Source of the DNA: Catajapyx aquilonaris
Lineage: Eukaryota
NCBI GenBank assembly: GCA_000934665.2
Contig: KZ538643.1
Span: forward strand, 1-57,018
DNA length: 57,018 nucleotides
Reading direction: 5' to 3'
Shown here in pieces: positions 52,701-57,018 of the stretch (positions are counted from its first letter, which is position 1; each line of letters begins with the position of its first letter). A program made the position numbers and the translations under genes. The notes beneath the pieces were generated by a model, which worked only from the letters and a program-made list of their open reading frames with translations, did not search any database and was not told where the DNA came from.

Positions 52701-54541
52701 CATGTCCGTTGTCCCTGACTCAACCGCAGTAACAATGCACTGGCATTCAGATGTTCGCCAGTTTCTGAACAATGTGCTCCTTCGTCGTTGGATAGGTCGC
52801 AGTGACCAGCAAGACTTGTCGCTTTACTGCTGGCCCCCAAGGTCGCCGGATTTGACGCCATGCGACTTCTTCCTTTGGGGGTACGTTAAGGATGCCGTGT
52901 ACGAGCCACCGATGCCAACAACCCTGGATGAACTCAAACATCGCATTGTTGCTGCGGTTGAGTCAGTGACAACGGACATGCTGGCACGAGTATGTGAGGA
53001 ATTGCACTATCGGATCGACGTTTCTCGAGTGACCAAGGGAAGTCATATAGAACATTTATAAGGTATGAAATAAACTTCAAAACCTCCTCTTTCATTTGGT
53101 GTATAACACGTTCATGTGCGGTTGATAGGTACGGAGCTATATGCATTTGTAATTATACTATTCATTTGTAATCACCCTGTAATCTATCTGGTTAGAAGCT
53201 ACAACGATCTTGACTTTATCCTGGACGATTTGCGCTTCTAGAATACGGAAAGCTTGTAACCAAGATCTAAAGGACTACTAGCCATTTTTATGAAATCAAA
53301 TTAGGAAAAAGCTCCGATTAGGCATAAGTATTCACAGTATAAGTTACATAATAATCAGAGATTTGCTCCTTAATTTGCATCCATATATCCGGCCGTAAGT
53401 CTTATAGACCTTGGTCAGTACCAAACTACCTACCCTAGCTCGAGCACCCTATTGGAACAACCCTGCTGGCCCATTTGCAACATATGGCGTACGATGATAT
53501 GCAGATTTAACGGTACCGGTAATGTGACCACAAGTGAACCGTAGCACAGCTGCAAAGAATCTCGGAGAGAGTGCTACTATTCACATGTGTGTGAGGAAAG
53601 TTAGTTCTTTTAATTCAATTTGCATTTGTAAATTTTCCTGTATTTTATTACTCTTCCCATTTCAGTATAGACTCTTCCCATTTCAGTAAATCTGTTTCTG
53701 GAACCAGAATAAAAGAAGATCGAACTGAACTGATCTCTCAACCACAAAAGTTAGGCTGTACTCAGCGACTGAATCCCTTCCAGTGTGCTCAGGAAAACCT
53801 TCCAATGTGCTCAGGAAAACCTTCCAATTTCTTATTCACGGCTGAGGCTCACATTTCAAATATTCTTATTTGAAACGTGACCCTCGGTGGATATTTTTAT
53901 ATGTAGGCTAACAGTAAAATCCCACGAATTTCTTCATATTACATGATTCGATCTACTTGTAAGATTTCCGATTTGATTTCGACAGCGTCCAAAACCTCAC
54001 CTGTAGACTGAAGATCAGATGCGTTCAGAAGCACATCGAGGCTTCCGTCGTGAAGGAGCTCCGTGTCATGATATGCAATGACGCTGAGCATGGCGTCATC
54101 GGGCGGCCCCTGGGCGTCCCCAGGTGGCGATGAGGACGAGGACGAGGACGACACTGCGACCACCACCCCGGCATTGTCCTTGTGGTCGGCCCGGATGGTA
54201 GAAGAGGACGTCGATGAACATGAAGAGGTGGTGGAGCTGGAGGAGGTGGTTGGGACGGTGGTTGCTGCTTGCAGCAAGGGAAGTTGGAGTGGTAAGGGCA
54301 AGGGCAGTTGCAGTGGAAGGGGCAGCTGTAAGGGCAACTGCAGGGGTTCAGGGCTGGAGGAGGACGAGCCTTGCTGGCTACTAGATTGCTGAGGTGCTTG
54401 CTGTGGTTGAGGGGCAGGCGACGGGTGTGGAGTCGACGCGGGATCCAGAGGGCTTTCTGAAAGCATGAAGACCGCCGGGGAGGTGGCCGTCGCGTACGTC
54501 GTTTGAAGAGGAAGACGTACCCCGGGGACATCTTGGAGGCT
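11114..54541 (-). CDS. TRERF1: TRERF1/ZNF541/MIDEAS-family C2H2 zinc-finger + ELM2-SANT transcriptional co-regulator; 18 coding exons, about 1,765 aa from ATG at 54466 (5' exons may lie outside the window)
   Basis: Manually joined exons keep frame through GT-AG introns (5,298 nt from ATG 54466 to TGA 11114). Domain order: 3 C2H2, low-complexity, C2H2 (CNLCHRKFKNIPALNGHMRLH), RPEPLLIPP, YTPPPMLSPNRSGSGLF, ELM2 (PRMNVGHQFQAQIP...MLWDP), SANT (WTPQEIEAF...CIQFYYLWKK), 2 C2H2. This matches the TRERF1/ZNF541/MIDEAS family; exact orthology is not resolved. Confidence 0.9.
11943..12428. mobile_element. TTAA-targeting MITE with GG..CC ends (Kolobok-like), copy 1
   Basis: TTAA|GGCGG...CGCC|TTAA; colinear with 37341-37830. 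Confidence 0.8.
13268..13664. mobile_element. hAT MITE containing an (AG)n tract
   Basis: Perfect 8-bp TSD atcagagg; TIR cagagccggccttagg / cctagggccggccctg. Confidence 0.9.
13874..14316. mobile_element. Tc1/mariner MITE, copy 1
   Basis: CAGGGTG termini, about 120-bp inverted arms, second copy at 28564-28992. Confidence 0.9.
15240..15499 (-). CDS. Exon 17 (SFNSRAALNGHIRVH...EEYPCKICGK)
   Basis: ATTCCAG| acceptor, AA|GTAAGT donor; completes one finger and starts the last. Confidence 0.93.
15713..15800. mobile_element. Small palindromic PIF-like MITE
   Basis: ggtactatcggcatggaaatggtccagacact versus agtgtccagaccattttcaatgctaatagcacc. Confidence 0.55.
15899..16018. mobile_element. PIF/Harbinger-like MITE, relative of 4129-4297
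   Basis: gtgtgtttacatgtgagcga / tcgctcacttgtaaacgcacc. Confidence 0.7.
16522..16857 (-). mobile_element. tRNA-derived SINE family A with (ATT)n tail
   Basis: Minus-strand B box GGTTCGATCCC; homologous to the copies at 35585, 45180 and 46070. Confidence 0.85.
17085..17415 (+). mobile_element. tRNA-derived SINE with (TTA)n tail
   Basis: A-box-like gtggtgtcggagg, B box ggttcgaatccc, 3' (tta)n at 17371-17415. Confidence 0.8.
18650..18730 (-). CDS. Exon 16 (SVECGEPVVPSATEGRPFACEYPDCTS), first half of a C2H2 finger
   Basis: CTTACAG| acceptor, TCA|GTAAGT donor. Confidence 0.92.
18820..19005 (-). CDS. Exon 15, SANT helix 3 (IGTKATKQCIQFYYLWKK...)
   Basis: TTTCCAG| acceptor, CCT|GTGAGT donor. Confidence 0.95.
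19285..19690 (-). mobile_element. Non-autonomous Helitron (probable)
   Basis: Minus strand begins A|TCATATTAAG...TGTCTGTCTGTC and ends in an imperfect hairpin ATGTCCATTATGCGGGCAT followed by CTCG|T (degenerate CTAG); inserted at an AT site. Confidence 0.55.
19922..20086 (-). CDS. Exon 14, ELM2 end and SANT start (DAMLKLM...SDKWTPQEIEAFQHGLMKFSKDFYLIERE)
   Basis: ATACAG| acceptor, GAG|GTAATG donor, 55 codons. Confidence 0.95.
20158..20261 (-). CDS. Exon 13, ELM2 helices (VEMYLEFACCAAVPGGGRNKEYALHLLYMCDGNIH)
   Basis: TTGCAG| acceptor, CAT|GTAAGT donor. Confidence 0.95.
20307..20432. mobile_element. 126-bp palindromic PIF/Harbinger-like MITE
   Basis: ggccggtttcaccgagcccggttttgataaaa / ttttatcaaaaccgggctcggtgaaacaggcc. 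Confidence 0.8.
21019..21204 (-). CDS. Exon 12, ELM2 N-terminal half
   Basis: PRMNVGHQFQAQIP...EDMLWDP; CCATAG| acceptor, AG|GTATTT donor; preceded by a 72-nt intron. Confidence 0.95.
21277..21572 (-). CDS. Exon 11 with family motifs RRKVRPEPLLIPP and YTPPPMLSPNRSGSGLF
   Basis: CTTTCAG| acceptor, G|GTTAGT donor; motifs typical of the region upstream of ELM2 in TRERF1/MIDEAS. Confidence 0.93.
22056..22576 (-). CDS. Exon 10 (VSTQSSVDPQ...EDPLLSSSPKDF...ENDIFLSPT)
   Basis: CTGCAG| acceptor, AC|GTAAGT donor, phase 0-2; ORF 22052-22459. Confidence 0.88.
22838..22997 (+). mobile_element. SINE family B, 5'-truncated copy
   Basis: Reverse complement nearly identical to 36460-36610. Confidence 0.8.
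24106..24497 (-). CDS. Exon 9, SP/FTYP-repeat region
   Basis: ORF 24046-24516; TTTCTAG| acceptor, AAG|GTTGGT donor, phase 1-0. Confidence 0.88.
25716..26030 (+). mobile_element. tRNA-derived SINE with (AAAC)/(AAC)n tail
   Basis: A box tggtctagtgg, B-box-like ggttcacatcc, simple-repeat tail. Confidence 0.8.
27078..27782 (-). CDS. Exon 8 (GTDTSRQQSVPST...EQLRSIA)
   Basis: ORF 26890-27756; ATTTGCAG| acceptor; donor at 27078 or the in-frame alternative at 27072. Confidence 0.88.
28564..28992. mobile_element. Tc1/mariner MITE, copy 2
   Basis: TA|CAGGGTG...CATCCTG|TA; colinear with 13874-14316. Confidence 0.9.
30266..30808 (+). mobile_element. pogo/Tigger deletion derivative retaining the start of a Brinker-like HTH
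   Basis: TA|CCGTATTTACGCGCATATAAGACGCAC / GTGCGTCTTATATGCGAGTAAATACGG|TA; MEVKEKRRSYRANFNRKVINCA from 30569. Confidence 0.9.
30838..31052 (-). mobile_element. tRNA-derived SINE family B
   Basis: Minus-strand B box GGTTCGACCCC; homologous to 36460-36680. Confidence 0.8.
32213..32711 (-). CDS. Exon 7, polyQ + central C2H2 finger + SVRALIEEKIIQKR helix
   Basis: ORF 32151-32741; TTCCAG| acceptor, ACAG|GTGGGA donor in phase 1. Confidence 0.92.
32554..32632 (-). repeat. Coding CAG/CAA tract (about 25 Q)
   Basis: Direct sequence within exon 7. Confidence 0.95.
33440..34033 (-). CDS. Exon 6, low-complexity polyP/polyQ/polyS/polyT (AGSNASFLGKQENFSEQQIGCIQYAPPP...PIVESQ)
   Basis: TTTATCACAG| acceptor, CAG|GTAAAA donor, 594 nt open in phase 0-0. 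Confidence 0.8.
34218..34802. mobile_element. About 585-bp fold-back element, palindromic along almost its whole length
   Basis: aagtaactcttcttaccctcctgaattttgaaa... versus ...tttcaaaattcaggagagtaagaagagttactt; symmetry centre near 34520. Confidence 0.9.
35141..35318 (-). CDS. Exon 5, end of finger 2 and finger 3 (NGHMLTHRNKKPFECKAEGCGKSYCDARSLRRHTENHH...)
   Basis: TTTCAG| acceptor in phase 2, ACT|GTAAGT donor. Confidence 0.95.
35585..35795 (+). mobile_element. SINE family A (tRNA-Arg(ACG)-like head), truncated by an N gap
   Basis: ggtaacgtacgcgcccacggatgtgaaggtcccgggttcgaaccc resembles the tRNA-Arg anticodon and T arms. Confidence 0.8.
35806..35871. mobile_element. hAT (Charlie-like) MITE right end
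   Basis: ...aaaggttgggaaccactg terminus, similar to 52105-52123. Confidence 0.6.
36455..36680 (-). mobile_element. tRNA-derived SINE family B, near full length
   Basis: Minus-strand A box TGGCCGAGATGG and B-box-like GGATCGATCCCC; three copies in the window. Confidence 0.85.
37001..37320. mobile_element. P-superfamily-like MITE
   Basis: Perfect 8-bp TSD tatgattc; TIR CAAGGGGGTAGTCTCT / CAAGTAGGTAGTCACT; internal gagagccgg repeats. Confidence 0.75.
37341..37830. mobile_element. Kolobok-like TTAA MITE, copy 2 (better preserved)
   Basis: TTAA|GGCGGCGCAGTA...TACTGCGCCGCC|TTAA. Confidence 0.88.
38040..38440. repeat. Old degenerate inverted repeat (about 90-bp arms)
   Basis: tgaagccaaccaatcataccacattaataatgcctcacag versus ctgtgagacattattattgtggcatgattggttggcttca. 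Confidence 0.75.
38995..39296. mobile_element. Degenerate MITE with internal (GGTTA)n
   Basis: gccttactggcatgcgagaagcgg versus ccgcctcccgcacgccagtaaggc. Confidence 0.55.
39520..39638 (-). CDS. Exon 4, C2H2 fingers 1-2 (ICSKVFGNASALAKHRLTHSDERKFVCTMCGKAFKRQDHL)
   Basis: TTTTCAG| acceptor, CT|GTAAGT donor, canonical C2H2 spacing. Confidence 0.95.
39827..39930 (-). CDS. Exon 3 (AVEDSK...KSSSPIRQGPQQCQ), starts zinc finger 1
   Basis: TTGTTGCAG| acceptor, CAG|GTGGGA donor, phase 1-0. Confidence 0.85.
41076..41358. mobile_element. piggyBac MITE
   Basis: TTAA|CCCTGGAACCGTGACGTG...CACGTCACGGTTCCAGGG|TTAA with subterminal repeats. Confidence 0.92.
42040..42300 (+). mobile_element. Possible decayed non-LTR reverse transcriptase fragment
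   Basis: Across frames VTPGTFLAP...LFPSIY...DV...HVAHYARD resembles RT motifs PQGSxLxPxLFxIY..D..YADD; lies next to an N gap. Confidence 0.35.
44454..44603 (-). CDS. Exon 2 (GSNTGSGTFDLFDSESAHDLTLSPQTFTSSTEAFINDNSDSLGMPGDNDT)
   Basis: TTCTCCAG| acceptor, CAG|GTGAGA donor, 150 nt open in phase 1-1; absent from the ORF track. Confidence 0.8.
45180..45584 (-). mobile_element. SINE family A, full length, with an expanded (ATT)n tail of about 28 units
   Basis: Homologous to 16522-16857; (taa)n at 45180-45265. Confidence 0.88.
46070..46292 (-). mobile_element. SINE family A, 3'-truncated
   Basis: Homologous to 45360-45584. Confidence 0.85.
47073..47320 (+). mobile_element. tRNA-derived SINE (tRNA-Glu-like head)
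   Basis: tggtgtagtggttag A box, tttcac loop, ttcgatcccc B box, non-tRNA 3' body. Confidence 0.7.
49679..49710. repeat. (GA)n microsatellite
   Basis: Direct sequence. Confidence 0.95.
50539..50925. repeat. Old inverted repeat / decayed MITE (about 150-bp arms)
   Basis: ttttttaagtatcaaatactggccacagaaggc versus gccttctgtggccatttgatacttaaaaaa; tttggtgcaaatgg versus ccatttgcaccaaa. Confidence 0.75.
51902..52123. mobile_element. hAT (Charlie-like) MITE
   Basis: CAGTGCTTCCCAA / TTGGGAAGCACTG; degenerate TSD ctataggt / atctaggt. Confidence 0.85.
52502..53179 (+). mobile_element. Tc1/mariner derivative with 237-bp inverted arms and a transposase C-terminal remnant (about 52738-53061)
   Basis: TA|CAGGGTG...CACCCTG|TA; WPPRSPDLTPCDFFLWGYVKDAVY...GSHIEHL. 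Confidence 0.93.
53651..53828. repeat. Two small local duplications (ctcttcccatttcagta twice; ccttccaRtgtgctcaggaaaa about 2.4 copies)
   Basis: Direct sequence. Confidence 0.8.
54001..54541 (-). CDS. Exon 1 (in window), S/P/Q-rich N-terminus; first in-frame ATG at 54466
   Basis: ORF 53939-54550; acceptor GTGTTTCAG|, donor ACAG|GTGAGG in phase 1, compatible with the next exon. Confidence 0.7.
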
Positions 54542-56737
54542 CTGAAACACACAGGTGACGATTGTTAGGCTTGGATCTGATCACATGCTTGCAGATTCGA
54601 CATTCGCTAAGGCTGGGCAAGAGAGATGACCAAGTTTATTCTTGGTCCGCGGTTCCATTCCTCGATGTGTTCGAGTTTATACGCTTCAGCAAAACCAAAT
54701 TCTGCAAGTCTCAAATTAAGTCACCTGAAGAATCGATTTTACCACACTTACCTGTTACACATATTTAGAGGTTTAAAATGGGTTTTTAAGATCACACCTT
54801 CCCTTCCAATGACGTCAGCAAATAATTAAAACATTCATGATGAAAATGTTTTTATCACATTTTAGAATAGTCTAACTCCTTGGCATTCAGCCATGTGAGT
54901 GACCTGGGGCCCATATAACGTAGACATTGCAGTATATAAGTTTACGTAATAAACTGACCTGGGCATGCCGAGATTACCGAGATTACGTCAACTCAATGTA
55001 ATCACGAGAAATGGGGCCGAGAGTCCTCGGCCATCTGTAATTAATATTGCAGTATTAATTGCCAATAAATACAGATTTTTTAAATGGCACCCACCTTAAC
55101 TGCAGTTCTGGCTCGTACATGTAACCAAACAGATGATTATATTATGATAGTTCTGATAGTGCTCATCTGCCTTTTTCCTCAAAGTGATGCTTTTCAAATT
55201 AAGTTATCGCTCTATAATTTTATTTCAGTTTTATGACACCATTACAAGAACATACCCCATCAGCACAACCCAACTTGGAGATATAGTCAATTTATTGCAT
55301 GTTTGTCAGGCCCTTTCATTCTCTCCTACCAGATGCGTCCAATAATAATTCACGCAGACAGAGAGGCAGATGATATACGGACTAGGTATAGCTCACTGCA
55401 TTCAAAGGTAGCATATATACAGTAATATAAAATGCATTCAAGTGATTGGATGGAAAGAACCCAAGAAAGTAAGGCTACCTGGCTGTCAATTCATTGAGAA
55501 TAATGACAAAGTAAACCACCATATACCGGTATGCACTGCTACTATTCAATTTTGGCGCCTTAATGGTGGGGCCTTGTTCTCCTTATTTTTCTCCCAATCC
55601 CATGCCCAAGTATACGGATCAGTTATAAGCGACCTATTTCCGATTGCGATATGCGACCTACAATTTTCTATTACAATGTGCGATATTTGTGCCACATGGA
55701 TTTTCGATATGAGTATCCTAATTTCGCACATCCGTACCTGGATGTCCAATAACTTTATCAGTATGGTTATAGATGTGCCAGAAAATATTTCCCAAGAGTT
55801 ATTACCGTCCTGTAAGGGTGTGTATATATCGGAGAATCAGTAGCCTACGGGCTCCAGCCCACACTATTTTTATTGCCTCATTTCAGACTGCACCATACAT
55901 ATAAATTAACACATTTTCCATTATAGGGAGATCATTTTGCCCAATTTGCGTAGCAAAGTTGTGCCTTATACATATATGCATTTCTGTACAATCTAAGTTT
56001 TCGTAATCCTAAAAACGCCATATTACCCTCGCCGACAAAACACGGAAACGTCTCAGATGCAACAACAGCCGTGACCTGAAAACAATGTTTGGCTCTGCGG
56101 GGAAACAGGAAAACTTCAAATGACTTTTGTCGAAATGGCCATTTTGGGTATTCGCTGTTATGCTCCATCAGAGATGGATGCTCGTAGTTCTCTGGATTGA
56201 ATTATGATAATTTTGTAATATGACATACTGTACACTTGTACAGTACTACATATGCCTAAAACAACCGGTGGATGAAGTGTAACGTATATACAAAAAGGGC
56301 CACAAAAATTCACAAAATACGGGGGAAATTACACACAGAGAAATACGCGGATTTGGCCTTCCACGCCATCCTATCCCCTCCGGTTACGCCACCTCACAAT
56401 TGACCCCGCTGATTCTACTGTAGCACCGCGGTGCTGATGCTGGAGCAAATGGATGGGAAACAAACCTATGCGAAATAAATACCTTCTGGCGATCTGAAAT
56501 TAATGGCCTATAGATTATATTTCAGTGAAACCTGTATACATATGAGAATCGTTCCGTTCCTATAAACTCATAGACAAGTTTCCGTTTTATAGGATACAGT
56601 CAACTAAAAAAGAAAAAAAAAGGTTCATTGTAAGTCTCCAAGTCCGTACACTTTTCGAAGGCCGAATTTGTGGGACTCGCCACTAACTTTTCGCGAGAGA
56701 GGGCGATTTTTCATGCCTATTTTTCGCCCCTCTCTTA

Positions 56738-57018
56738 CGAGGGGCGGTCGTAAAGTTCTTACAATCACCACGAAAGACTGCGGACAGCTGCGAATTTTTG
56801 CCGCTGGAGCGTAAGCACGTTTCTCTAATATGCGCAGGCGCTGAGAATCGCACCCTGTTGTTTTGTAGCCCACCGCCAGAGCAGGGAATTCAAGATGGCG
56901 CATGCCGCAGGAAAAGTCGAGCTGCGTGGTGTGATTATATTTTTATTTTTGAAGGGGAAGAATGCCAAAGAAATCCATGCAGAGTTGGTGGATGTGTATG
57001 GGGACAATGCCCTATCCT
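56738..57018 (+). mobile_element. mariner transposon 5' end; transposase starts at 56895 and runs off the window
   Basis: TA|CGAGGGGCGGTCG TIR start; MAHAAGKVELRGVIIFLFLKGKNAKEIHAELVDVYGDNALS matches the mariner N-terminal HTH. Confidence 0.9.

Overview
Invertebrate (most likely arthropod) genomic DNA from a draft assembly with short N gaps next to G/C homopolymers. The window is dominated by one minus-strand multi-exon gene spanning about 11.1-54.5 kb. I assembled 18 coding exons by hand; all have GT-AG boundaries and compatible phases, giving about 1,765 aa from the first in-window ATG. The product is a TRERF1/ZNF541/MIDEAS-family (MiDAC-type HDAC1/2 co-repressor scaffold) protein: three N-terminal C2H2 fingers, polyP/polyQ/S-T tracts, a central C2H2 finger, the RPEPLxIP and YTPPPxLSPxRxGSGL motifs, ELM2-SANT and two C-terminal C2H2 fingers. 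A long, nearly TE-free AT-rich stretch (about 4.4-11.1 kb) is probably its 3' UTR. Introns and flanks carry many non-autonomous elements: Tc1/mariner, pogo, hAT, PIF/Harbinger, piggyBac, Kolobok-like and P-like MITEs, Helitron pieces and several tRNA-derived SINE families. I see no clearly new biological system. The most noteworthy signals are a palindromic Tc1/mariner derivative built from two 3' ends, nested TE stacks, long fold-backs close to splice sites, a sharp CpG-depletion boundary near 41.5 kb suggesting gene-body methylation, and candidate unannotated exons.
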